Source of the DNA: Candidatus Omnitrophota bacterium
GTDB taxonomy: Bacteria; Omnitrophota; Omnitrophia; Omnitrophales; Aquincolibacteriaceae
Length of the DNA: 64,000 nucleotides
Assembly (NCBI GenBank): GCA_043821445.1
Contig: JBDRCT010000017.1
Coordinates: 5,679 to 69,678 of the forward strand
Direction: 5' to 3'
The notes below the pieces were generated by a model. It was not told where the DNA came from. It saw only the letters and a list, made by a program, of their open reading frames with translations, and did no database searches. A program made the position numbers and the translations under genes. Shown piece after piece: positions 23,101 to 27,387 of this stretch. The stretch's first letter is position 1. Every line of letters starts with the position of its first letter.

Positions 23101-26009
23101 GATTTAAAGCGATAGCCTTGTGCGTACCGGTAGAGCGTAAAACGGACTTTGACGAACGGGGTAAGGGCAACACTTGTTCCGTTGTTCACTTTGTCCATGA
23201 ACCGGCCCCAAAAGACCCCCGCCTTTTTGAAGATCCCCGGTTTTTCCTGAACCGCGGGAACTATTTCTTCAGCCGGTTTTGCTTCGGGTACCACGGGCGG
23301 TTTTGCTGGCGTTACTTCTGCGGCTTTCGGGGCTTCGGCTTTGGCGGCAACCTCCGCCTCGCGCTTGGGAGCTGCTTTCCGTTCAGCTACGGCGGCTGCC
23401 TCGGCCTCCCTGGCAAGAGCTGTTTTGCGTTCGGCGATCACTCCATTGATTGCATCCATCGTGAGCGAAACGGTATCTGTCGTGATCTTAAGTTTTGCTC
23501 CGAGGCTTATCGCCTCACGAAGCACGGGGATCTTCGCTTTGATCGCCTCCGGGCTGGAGCGCGAAAGAAGCCGCAGGATCACGCTACCGGAAAGATCTTG
23601 AGTGCCCACGCCCCCCTTTTGGGGATCCAGGGCATCCAATTTCGCTTGAAAATTTCTGTTCAGTAAAAGTTTCCTGAAAGCTTGTTCTGCGGCCTTCTGC
23701 TTATCAACATTCTCCTGGGGTTTCGGATCCGCAAAACCCGCGGCATGAAAAAGTCTTAGATTCTTTTCATAAAGGGCTTGCTCATCAGCATTGGGTGTCG
23801 GAGTAACCGGCAACCGGGCTTCCGACCGCGCTACGGCAGAGATCGCTCCCATTTCCGCCATCAAGCCCGGGACAATTTCCTTCGGACCAGCATTCCGCGC
23901 AACATCTGCGACAGCAGGCGGAATCCTGAGCTCACCAACACCTTGATAAAAAGTAACTGTCAAATTATCGCCCAAGCGGATCTCCGACCTTTTGCGGACA
24001 CCTAACTGAACTTCGCTTCGTCGCACCGCCGGATCAGAAAAAACGGCGACGGTCGCACGCAGTTCAGAACGCCCTCCCTCAGGGATAAGAACAGGAAACC
24101 AAACTTTATTCCCGTCTTGGATCGCTACCGACGGCAAAATTTTATTCATAAAGTCGCGAGCCTCTGTAAAAAGTCCCGCGAGCGCCTCGCGAATTGAGGA
24201 CAGTGCAGTTGCACCCCGGAACACGCTCACGGTGGACACAAGCTGCCCATATGTTTGGGCAAATGTAAGATTCTCCCCCGCTCCGATCTGGGATGTCGTC
24301 GGAATTCCATTCGGCGCAGACAACTGGAAGCGCGGATCATTGAGAACGCCGGTCTTGGGTTGAAGGAACGCTTCCGAGAGAACTTTTTCGATCGGGAGCG
24401 GCGTTTCGCGGAGCGCGGCGTCGTAAAGCGCGCTTTCTTTTTTCTGGTCGATCGCCTTGGAGATGCGCGGGGCAACGACGATGTAAGAAAAGCCCTTCTC
24501 CTGAAGGTACTTTTCGATCCCGGGCGTATGGAACCCGCCTGTGATGATGGCGGAGATCTTCTGCCCGGAGGCAAGGGTTTTCTCAACCGCTCTCTCGACC
24601 AAGACCTGGTCGCGTTCAAGCGCTGCTTGATAGAAGCGCTCCACACGCGGCAAGTCCTGATCGAGGGTCTCCATCTGGGACGGCAATCCTAGGGAGAAGT
24701 GATACTTCTGGGTGAGCGGTTTGAGAAAACTTGAAAAGGTTCCGGCTTTGAATTCATCTTGGTGAGTGTAATAGAACTCGGCGTCCTGCTTGGTCAAAGT
24801 AAAATCGAACATTTTGTTCATGACATCATAGATACGCATGAGATGATCCAGCTTGATCTCTTCCGGCGTCGTAAAAAGTTTGTTCTTAACGTCTTTTTCG
24901 AGGACCTCGATCTCATCAAAAAGGGAAACACCGATCGAATCGTAAAGCACCATGTACTGGAAGTAGGCAAGGACATTAGCGTATTGCTTGGTCAGGTCCC
25001 TCCCTCCGGTCTGAGTCACACTGATGCTACGGATCTCATCCTGAAGGTATCCGTAATAGGCGACGCGTTTCATCTTCTTCATGCGGAAGTGGACGGTGTT
25101 GGTCAGGAAACGGGAAAGTTTTTCGCGCGAAAGAACGCCCTTAAGATCGTTAATGAGTTGATCAGTCTCTTTTTCGGCCTTGTCGAAATCGATCTGCTTT
25201 TCAAGGTCGATCAGCTGGATCAGGGACTGCATCCCGCTATAATTCTCCGGCTTGAGATCATGCTTTTGGGCCATGCCCACGAGGAAACGGACATAAGCCA
25301 CCAATTCGCGGCCGCTTTCCTGGAACGCCGCGCGGCGGCGATAGAGCTCGCGCATCTCTTCCGGGAACACGAAGCGGCCCATGTACGCCAAAACCTTGTT
25401 AAGCGCGGCCAAGATCTCTTCGTCACGGGCCTTGAACTGAAGCGCGTCCACGTAGGCCTTGCGGTTCTTTTCGTAAAGTTCCGGATCTTCCACGCCATAA
25501 AGTGTCATCACCGGCTTTTCAACGATCGCCAGATATTCCGGGCCGGTGAGACGGCCTTCTTTCAGGAAATAATCCGCGACGCTCCGGCGGGCTTCTTTGT
25601 CCGGGAAAAAAGAAAAGAGCTCGGTGTAAAGCTCGCCGGAGGCGCCTTCAAGGTTCACAAGGCCGAGCTGATATTTTTCCGAAAAATGACGGAGGATATT
25701 GGCGATGTTCCGCTGGGCCTCCTCGTTGATGTGCGCGTCCTGGATCGCGAGGATGATCTGTCCGCGGCTCCCCTTAAAGGAGCTCTTGATCGTTCCGTAG
25801 CTGTCCGGAAGGTCAGGACGATCGATCAGGGAGAGCGCCGCGTTGGCTTTAAAGGATTCGACTGGAGTGAGGCTTGAGGGACTGGACGCGGCAGCATAGG
25901 CTTTAACGCCACCGTCCCAAACGACCGAGGTGAAGGTAAACACACAAACCGTCAGAAGCGCAACGGTCCTAAGCCAAGGCTTAAAACTGTGTGTTTGCCA
26001 ACTGATCAT
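2184..26009 (-). CDS. Giant multidomain membrane protein, 7941 aa: ChaN/TIKI-like N-terminal domain, TM bundles, 3 TolC-like units, Cgs/OpgH-like glycosyltransferase, HD domain
   Basis: Uninterrupted 23.8 kb ORF with GAGAGG RBS and N-terminal hydrophobic segment. Motifs seen: IQDAH, NLEGASG, ERD, GGFH; outer-membrane-factor-like helix/beta repeats; KKQGNI, FTGKA, LSHDYKEG, RWAQGD; AFHDYGR...H...D. Confidence 0.9.
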   Translation of the reverse strand: MISWQTHSFKPWLRTVALLTVCVFTFTSVVWDGGVKAYAAASSPSSLTPVESFKANAALSLIDRPDLPDSYGTIKSSFKGSRGQIILAIQDAHINEEAQRNIANILRHFSEKYQLGLVNLEGASGELYTELFSFFPDKEARRSVADYFLKEGRLTGPEYLAIVEKPVMTLYGVEDPELYEKNRKAYVDALQFKARDEEILAALNKVLAYMGRFVFPEEMRELYRRRAAFQESGRELVAYVRFLVGMAQKHDLKPENYSGMQSLIQLIDLEKQIDFDKAEKETDQLINDLKGVLSREKLSRFLTNTVHFRMKKMKRVAYYGYLQDEIRSISVTQTGGRDLTKQYANVLAYFQYMVLYDSIGVSLFDEIEVLEKDVKNKLFTTPEEIKLDHLMRIYDVMNKMFDFTLTKQDAEFYYTHQDEFKAGTFSSFLKPLTQKYHFSLGLPSQMETLDQDLPRVERFYQAALERDQVLVERAVEKTLASGQKISAIITGGFHTPGIEKYLQEKGFSYIVVAPRISKAIDQKKESALYDAALRETPLPIEKVLSEAFLQPKTGVLNDPRFQLSAPNGIPTTSQIGAGENLTFAQTYGQLVSTVSVFRGATALSSIREALAGLFTEARDFMNKILPSVAIQDGNKVWFPVLIPEGGRSELRATVAVFSDPAVRRSEVQLGVRKRSEIRLGDNLTVTFYQGVGELRIPPAVADVARNAGPKEIVPGLMAEMGAISAVARSEARLPVTPTPNADEQALYEKNLRLFHAAGFADPKPQENVDKQKAAEQAFRKLLLNRNFQAKLDALDPQKGGVGTQDLSGSVILRLLSRSSPEAIKAKIPVLREAISLGAKLKITTDTVSLTMDAINGVIAERKTALAREAEAAAVAERKAAPKREAEVAAKAEAPKAAEVTPAKPPVVPEAKPAEEIVPAVQEKPGIFKKAGVFWGRFMDKVNNGTSVALTPFVKVRFTLYRYAQGYRFKSAEGLSGISAFTRFAKKDKDLFIHQIRARTLGRTGHSMKEEELLAKIPSLRVDGKTPVRLEDLSLAQLEEVERAIRDLQVEKDFEQRQHMKEQKTLDLRVKSHKGIFYATGLAVGLLTGVGVAALISLAWPVLALGAVIGLMMTKEMANVTFVFIENVKTLFKSGSVAKGLLGVLFVLGAPLYLSIQLMSSFIQKLIYPIMYRIHGTGQRTYFVKIGKDGKVEIDPETGEAIVDVKALTDALNRRLPLVVGQTIEDYLTEKKDAALTALAEKAKELSRQAATTTGDWDQVNKELDQVLAGLPSAEAQRIRTLFDQHIVVQKRLQNVANHLARSDALHARIIRVLHLQNFLAKKITDFLGSKATSAKAVRYVLSDITNPLGAFFQWFVFGRGALFFKGIIAGAFILTGPIGTGIALALFVSYRAYGVYQIRKEKFKETLAAIEGKYGALPKTELNEAQKAAEIKKATRSYRVKTAGSVFGMAAGLGIAGYLLIGAFVAPDLISFIPHNLFSKQVVLKVFGDAVPLSLGTLLKDVFLGMIMAYGGAAKKSRAEHIQEKYFLEPVLKLMRSYGFKTMEASGFFAFSRTEGGKSVSTLTYEGIGQYFDAIGPEQRQEMAKQLGMDEKTFDMFLLSHLEMLRGMIVANVLSLNQNEQLLLLERINGIQAELAGRYTQDEIQKARETGRVLTSSAVDDAVATRMEINRMARYRTLGSGRFYLSGFTTAMGLITLAFEIPAVLHLFGSLDSVANQALKPLGIAEFHGFHTVAMFIERTLLGLFNNVWQGMWSLGGLVPLVAPEVFLNSALARVGTDIADRQVSHDIATLQARMTGMSEGTEAYRTEAGHLAELQAEKVRMTASPALARLDGELRKLPKSSVTALLARQLFSKVTDAVLDPNHAMSLEEMNIAIASVETVIRQAKAEAVQTPAATGEPVKVMQAGMVPNPLPLIEKVFSGIQSLFAPKTAATPQPPVQERSGVPASTTITPAARATEMAAGRVEDAALQREVPTAEAQRTELVTERQAAPAELQKLSTDLQQAVEEGKAALAQEGKAPTPYNIGAWLKANEAKYPKVVEKFQTEVMNNPELAAVMTGAAVPAKFTEQLKGRSLRALTKPVDDIFGPNTSAVLSLVAMTGVAAIGEEAATVTARPAPNVTRAATVETAAVAGPMGAAAEEARRIHDELVSKREEAELRLEESRNGYAQRFANYLTSEITDRITFNANTSDAGREIARSLLGRPGFIKSLADQYVASLRGADGRGDVSKLKAEDLQAGFDELMDQTGGINALTPPEIEMLRNVVREAILQRFSAVTEAKEHTPVTENVTIALPLFNEGQPVSVDKLLEMAIATRMATAGPSKAILDAMAKFQRNDRKFTLSIVARAGTDFIFKGYGVGTEVSFYLSDPTKNERQAIATYREREGLLQMDREMADVVRELRTHGNNYARARILAEKLRLSLEDVRNDEEIAKTRTREGQDTDAAMAIGKLRRQLERDLADRRAELEGILRSIGALVGVTDKKIILPRELEDPKEAAKFFEATAAPAARGQSLDLAAAQGKYALDVLNTSLAEARGKMGILFRTRIFFNPPKAFDFMSPLSSVRDPKTPAMVHMLSREGAALQYYQDAQQIKADEEALRGRLETAVRINGIVQSRLDGAENLLREERQRYRNESGWSMRFKAAVEQYDLAKRQAADTAHQVEQLTIEINRFTSGVSAKLAKFEEDFERDAEKVKKGESRKLFDAEYFAQLEAKYRQSDRPVDATELADNLAGGKNVNLLLEEFRAREVKEREIQMLAGEGIRLKGTVNGVEIKDLQKYEAQLFSEYERATSPKERDLFQKFGDLFRKAPRLPEVIKAEIEKVNKAKLEAYEAVRIEINFSNWIGQIGDIEARIRKAEEVLNSDQSTPEQKEKAAKDLKALHFTLPKVKADLQALKDSHPELKDKKLRDLRIRRFVDGGVEALGVFKAGVGGGLTGTWDFGDMSAQWDFFEQALKESELLQQAHKRDYVKNIIVQRQFLDQIHYRIDVFEGAIMHEQTLLALLEASREKEGVTPEKIKDIDRQIIWGRQRLSSFEEAKTSLESEHNRAEEKMLRIMGRDVEDRKDPGRFTYTPKSKQSFMEGELSEEELGLLSGFDKDIDRKVAEQRVRIQWAMLNTADHKSYKQLHLMVPFISAVPVTTNYVPISEHLDAIIEDPAHIGIGGSGSLRTYSGHLAKDKTLDIAVAEANLRTMFDDYQDFIIRQGLVSQNLDRQVANTKDQKTETRRLIGDLDESISEYEEKEQAGLADAGDRELYTAIRQVNRDDQDDNELIHQLNLRLLQVNRATKGTLKIGAQGRVIDLTTPENLRDFVKSNSDRVADSNEKLAQELRDIQEYGRYLRPLAISTEVFRIPLGFGRGDDFQAGGRVTFDFRELAFSKTQLEIYMARAKQLGLEKEFRRDIRQRLVELAWQDVLRSKAIWDIREQEMQARKEMAAAAQTGTALEDQQALSDAVIRTVTMAKTAERDFEIYVNMLKFIAGIPAEIDIQVPPTNLLQRVYNGEPIGEEVVAKMLKSAAEDPRFQSILRNNDVATAEVKQAEKNRSWTSQVGIFAGYHPSVGAEYTRHLIDRAKTELVNIEKAKKELAVAQQDPLRRAVQMQALEEYAAFVLNRVRLVQIADEFAGSLSFANDATAGYRAIGEPGRTVKTVNDVLAAFDYRENDSLRLTGINFEFQKSLINLSHTTELMGLHEEAQRVQHTARAPLPYQTRQQVALEQLQQAEARIDREAAEVAQLPVPPEPAEAVVDLKVLQKKLGEEKKPPVIEPRTDYRDKNTNEPYVPSVSELWRNMFGADTAVIERGRDGKVVGGLSEPVLVEDVFVRLFDAMRLTPNERLAMFEILKTLSRSGTDGKPSLKEKLNDPDFKKFMAQLPRNEKLGLNYAQLIEGLLSNRTLTAMNQEEANSLLDRNTDLRILGVYVFYATSILKGMKVEDINARSANVPELVQNQFSDRFNSMFSERLKVDFIFLTKLVKNMADQVERNKASPNGQAVPVIAPPQFTSDEIAFLTRDGLLSRLVDIKDRRVDFKAWAEQQKRLGSQEDDAALKRRFVGQVFLDWATYTDRQVSAQPYYKFSTLEDTFQEFNNVRKAVFDLYRANFGRDLGLYGDIKDLADITAWQYMSFMGKLYSPDKGERAKRLNTVILLTNYILENKRVPIVGLNGEPSAADPSAAMLRFLRASAEANQTYADRREVQKEEAGLRTGALMGEVVFRTIQGIEQYAEVHGKSISDALDELGNALPQGIRAGPLGDIRSGIDDYYRKAPEILKALDASRLFSRALNMKDPRDSGQVSAWYEYGTRYHLTIDELKQIIEVAGKLYPKLQELYGRDFRLDQGGKVSANMGIVMAHAQFILGVTDWHKEAAQYREDFRQGKLLSQFQLDTMWDYEKWETMGGVNAPIGTRIDARIKEYERRLDLMDKFAKHPKAFKGAEEIFKILYGSSYQYSIREPEEQQGVAFGHIMNEAYIAERDHIPYDRLAQRYENIVKLIDSPAFTDYLRALKVIGENQDLRTLLPELAKDKTPEGKAKLTKLMGRLTGAAKDLPADFEAIYAQRGKVLKLLVDQHGQDFEGFSTWLKSHYGNVTVAYPEETPRTIEQIEKDLYLFLQRSKYAEVINRNPAWKAQIDAIIDTEASENFPGAFVEGIVAGMPDMLKARGLDITKDDPASLAKLRTFFDNFFLIVGKFDRYPVVQDAGSLNMERKIIGLQESLMIADPDLAGVLQAQSTLPLLQRVSAGRMLVGTASFWLGRVMDSEAQRNAATPNYWLSRQAPGWAAKMIPEWLSKMVEENKYPESEEQYVDMKKVETVIIPRAKAAWEAYHGILEPMGYSITKADIMSVVLNTKEIEKVSDIQEYFEQCQLMLALALGRPDLIPGQYKSMIPEEKLSRKPGEKQITLEQQNLGRPLAFNEMQGYVIEFRRSLKMRHHSIVAPGYNGPSLAVQKMVTKFIFVEPSDPSKTYLNVAASAEGQDAFRGKYALPGSDLQQMADKRGALWEALPEGEKARTALLLSTTFLSRWPVDPQLADKDFFHFLMGLGKNVKDLQRLQEIARLGQDLEGSFRDEFFARNGKDLTYDRKMLEDASQFRRFLILRLMTRPVVLATPADFEQGFEARLQAKKTVPANRIPELVKYYVDNNHLFGALNAGSLQKLRDIKDENQLNLMVNDLKTLMQEIVVGDRLAMDPNRLLNSILSLHQDKTVATFKNFEENMLRKYLQLAAEKQEPLQPEDAGAPEQFVQGLSEKLSLGLTKEQQDAWIQGLGRGLLSPAQVRVVLTDLAWFRGEQQDIPADLRVQDDSLLRFIAAGRDMPLVHAGVIADRKPVFYSQEQLEVLGQLAGAQGVELAKQYESYFADNYVLSSNTRIQEETKGGKARPKLSDFLTERGSRTRQMGEFWSAWSVILPIFSVITTIFVLIAAFAVRQLRKAGKIKVPVLDHAGNPVLREEFQYERTGMLPRSEMRQLFSRLISTEEETMDPALAARNREVRREPLGKEYAPPYLTLRGAVMLLVHGAFVGLFLLMSWQVLELTNSNIFWNVIDLFESGWMAFMLSHILTAWLAGRIFPKSMTMGEQSRVRGVLAKIFPKLVKMRPSAASRDAIERPELDLLVLKATAKPEAKTEAEQPPKSSDSKGNLPPYIEKEDGTRVYLKPADRHDLSFTVVEEKDGEEVQREVSLKTEEGQKRQALPPGHKTSIAYFNFDSFPPPQESMKDAAGKPMKDAADKPVIDHTIRLWLLEMFKAHASIEYIKEQFKIEFGVDIDKKNNEGGWQDFFFLKNVIDSLAYNLDPYGRTTLLILAEKEYSKVIKKAGKNDANAILQFEFIKAALEYAREQVIQIGASRFGDGSVYVPNGNGDYTIPGYVYTKDEPTKGARKGDLIPLTRAQLGKALIYYLPLTELHFEKKQGNILSTEDYLMGQDGPPAATELPIPLLRFSGRVNDPVGAAVVNGVALVLTVAGVIWLAPALAVLGPILSSPWIVGAVMWLMGYFAGRAIMNYKQHKANLKPNKVGTRYFADDLYTKDSICGFDPDHLLRNRLPERDENGRLAPVEDSQGRRVQLFTTNPEGTQHIFTMDNKNRLGDNPDNPEYPNEKAFINVVRKLVEVARSTHNWAGIIIPRTKVVTERTARTFFTMLNDFASNHGVFYAHALQLIRGRGNFTGKALVNLHSHYHTGDARNMPSRWWTVLVFTLAGIAAGPIVFSLLSFVLPLIPSALPFVPGALSFLLSAPLMVQFSIGQMLGLFAGLWVSGKSAGSFGVVTIKELSHDYKEGDTTGAVFVDNAAILEPSTPTFFEMEGRSFVRWAQGDLMRVYDIFQPGVPLAARWMSFVAVLGYINPIIFGFWVIKRFFFDPSLSGMANMYTIMVPRSTEFLMTSCVMPQLWVGVVIGIVVALLIAGFMRRSAADAEQLSGKKALNIIQRLLMPGFLVALLGVVGVLWPAWLPFTVVLAAMLLGSFMIALILEWTRISKKMNGVIFTSMVVALVWASITLTAKFLPAFVVLPFPVVGLLFIGVLFVVIVFPVLFGSIQGQTWGKVMLLYKGTTTGLADTFLHIKRNFWENPWKLFMQGSQNVSRSWHLTIGTVIGNLIQWVSKPAMIFGIPVLFWYVMNGNFVFWHFTSGAAVLAAKLTAWSVLSPWGITGILGTLVAAHPIFTAFVISYLVLRYTVKFTRMIFIVMRDQQLPWATSFGTGQIDGAKSLLRTYMFYSPAFVAALLAIASGVLFHSNLFTFVFGITFLWSWSMAGWHVWLDQFKNLPAGYPDLEEGLGFKGGGIKRLGLFWVHVYRSMKADMFSDSETKKEQKGTLGWFAGWSMRISNVLFHVGFNVGVGLMIAAGVFLKMSAASAVYFWFALPMVFVIPALTGFLLAAPFLLMAPARHWLEFIRGYIGVEEAAIKADLTPSTQLYKLMYNVSDYISKNEKTSSRVKKLGRVLRFFGLPKKMEEPKNVADVDQYGNLRTPPGRSEVRTLEEVLPDLSRQQELAQEVLPGSKQIVATPKTAQSQPEILASQVAAQTPLAVAPETVAASPAVPVAPLVAAIAPSEDVTKLEGEVAALDARIKKTPWQIAGLIGTAIVLSFAGLMWGGLFLVGPVALLLVLASVVGVLWMWIRHSENIKLSDAKAKQLEELKATPAAPMPMRLEVPKVPAEEAQVNPPSLAEVRAPVYVPSREFGIVGTLVPDVVVSLALARSETRVLDVSKEGTIQYDVKLDGLVGGTVEMVFGPVSQAAQDVPAPSAKLLSVSNFSLLPGGPILHEDRIKDINTMIGRWTASMQRGPVALNLIARADAEKALSKVRSEARAVVDNKSRELVGKIHVTSGEMPALQEQLKTRFMANLERIDPARDLEGAEKISAMNNPQDIIDALSPLGLFGWQQDVPIRGAAWQMPDGSTVTFRDHQQVIFNGVKALQANDVSYFRSRNLASVTLDEAGLKAFVDSYNASLSEQEKKLLALALAFHDYGRLITTGPLHPVVGSELVKAILEKLGMDARTVRIVTALTSRELEYGALPWGETVPRKVVEGLPENDIPVFLKLMSFIYILDVAAVGKGKLTSAQLANARYLQSAANLERLQSNWASVRAAGFYEPRDGVILDLSQAIAEEAVPAEIRNELASNPDFKTFMETVTFQRIVYVFREMVRQGNPESVTKLVYALSKLQQLTQTDFISLSVDRKEYATKINELLKMVSFDQLKAADFRMEDGRFVVASEGRTVLEAGIQQSADKKVVVNVESIPARSELRTPEVQPAEQEQSAAAREQEIQRAIAAAAGVQEARFTMQVLPEIVNPLATRIEGRMIESIMQSLNVSVILSLKGNGLHIIEFNPADGFDGAYIAQRVAQSQAGSRFVVIAGQADEAAANEALKGVGKMDLRIGQVNSLLSQAVTEELDRLHIDVATAKANRNVIQAQVTEGVDPSELHAASALLNQFDGVVTVTGSRTKVSSAFQFTVAELLGAAIQAAAAIGKSA

Positions 26010-26059
26010 CGGATTGCCGTCCTCTCTTGAAAGTCGATCAGAATTACTCTGTAATTCCC

Positions 26060-26400
26060 AGCCTTCTTAACCACTATATTAAACTTATTTTAAGACCTTA
26101 ATAACCTCAATAGAAATATACACAACGAAGTCTCCACAGTCAAGGAAACCTAAAAAATTTTTAATGATGTAACCCATTATTAATCAACATGTTATGTAAC
26201 TTTAGAATAAGATTTAACCTTTTTGTTGCTCCCATATAATTTTTTATAGCATTACTAAACAACAAAAAATGCCACTTTTTTTCAGAAATAATATCTGGAG
26301 GAATAAACATATTTAATATATTCATAAAAAGTTCTTTGAAATAAAACTCATTAAAACGGGGGTCCTTTGAATTCGATCGGAGTTAAAACGCTATGGGATG
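26060..26400 (-). promoter_or_regulatory. Very AT-rich non-coding region upstream of the giant gene (probable promoter/regulatory region)
   Basis: Abrupt GC drop, no credible ORF, directly 5' of the giant gene. No specific -35/-10 pair assigned. Confidence 0.5.
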
Positions 26401-26517
26401 AACTCTTGCAAGTATGGAGACAGGCAGCACTGGTTTCCCATCTAAAAACTATGAGTATCGGTGCTGACTACGATTTTGAAAAAGAAATGATAGTTTGGAC
26501 TGGCTAGGTGTCAAAAT

Positions 26518-26552
26518 CAAAAAGCCCCCTCGGAAAATTCCGAGGGGCTTCT
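26518..26552 (-). terminator. Rho-independent terminator downstream of the tRNA-Ala repeat region
   Basis: aagccccctcggaa-aa-ttccgaggggctt stem-loop with a T-run after it on the minus strand. Confidence 0.75.
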
Positions 26553-26562
26553 TAATGAAAAC

Positions 26563-26942
26563 TGGACCTGCCCTTGCCTTTCATTTATTTCTAAATGGTC
26601 GGCAGGGCTGTCCCAATACCACTCAATCGAAGCAAAGCGGAGATTGGGGCGGCCCTGACTACCGCAAACTCAAAAGAAAATCAAAGCCAGGGCCGTCTCA
26701 AAAATCGCACATGTTATTCAGCGACTTTGTGGACGGGTCTCGCCGCGATTTTTGGCGGAAGCTACAGGCGGGAAATTTTGCCCCAATCTTTGATTACCTT
26801 TAAAGGTGATTGGGACAACCCTAATTCTCATTAATGGTTTATTGAAAATTAGGGTGGACCTGCCCTTGCCTTTCATTTATTTCTAAATGGTCGGCAGGGC
26901 TGTCCCAATACCACTCAATCGAAGCAAAGCGGAGATTGGGGC
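26563..26942. repeat. About 88 bp direct repeat (26563-26650 and 26855-26942)
   Basis: tggacctgcccttgcctttcatttatttctaaatggtcggcagggctgtcccaataccactcaatcgaagcaaagcggagattggggc appears twice. Confidence 0.9.
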
Positions 26943-27018
26943 TGTCCTCGTCAGCCATTTGGAAAAGAAATTTCAGACGAGGGCTGGCCCATTTGACCTT
27001 AAATTCCATGGAGAGAAA

Positions 27019-27036
27019 TGGACCTGAGGAGAGTCG
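27019..27036 (-). repeat. 18 bp copy of the tRNA-Ala 3' end
   Basis: tggacctgaggagagtcg is identical to 27180-27197. Confidence 0.85.
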
Positions 27037-27179
27037 GCTCCGTTGTCCGTAAAAAACACGGACTCCGGTAGGCCACCCGCCCTTAAAACATGACACCCGT
27101 CATGTTTCAGAACAGGGCTCCCTTCGACTCTCTTTTTATTCAAAAAAAATTCCCAACGGCAAAAACCATTGGGAATTTT

Positions 27180-27252
27180 TGGACCTGAGGAGAGTCGAAC
27201 TCCTGGCCTCTGCAATGCGAATGCAGCGCTCTACCAGCTGAGCTACAGGCCC
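27180..27252 (-). tRNA. tRNA-Ala (anticodon CGC), CCA not encoded
   Basis: GGGCCTGTAGCTCAGCTGGTAGAGCG-CTGCA-TTCGCAT-TGCAG-AGGCC-AGGAG-TTCGACT-CTCCT-CAGGTCC-A: full cloverleaf with G3:U70 pair. Confidence 0.97.
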
Positions 27253-27387
27253 TTGTCTTTCATTTATTTCTAAATGGCTGACAAGGACCTGTCCAATTAA
27301 CCCTTAAGCTTTGAACGAGAATTGGACAGGCCCAACAAATTCTAAAACTTAAAATGCTGTGCACCGGAAAGATAAAGCAGGGCGGTA

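Noticed and set aside
2311-25877. Many plus-strand ORFs up to 372 aa within the giant gene
   Set aside because: Antisense artefacts of codon bias with no recognisable motifs.
26495-27215. Short ORFs in the tRNA repeat region
   Set aside because: They are translations of non-coding repeats or overlap the tRNA.
1512-27252. Giant gene plus TA as a genomic island integrated at tRNA-Ala
   Set aside because: No integrase, and I found no tRNA 3'-end copy at the distal (nadE) boundary; the duplicates lie right next to the tRNA.
26563-27335. Possible CRISPR array
   Set aside because: Repeat length and spacing are irregular, there are few copies, and no cas genes are in the window.
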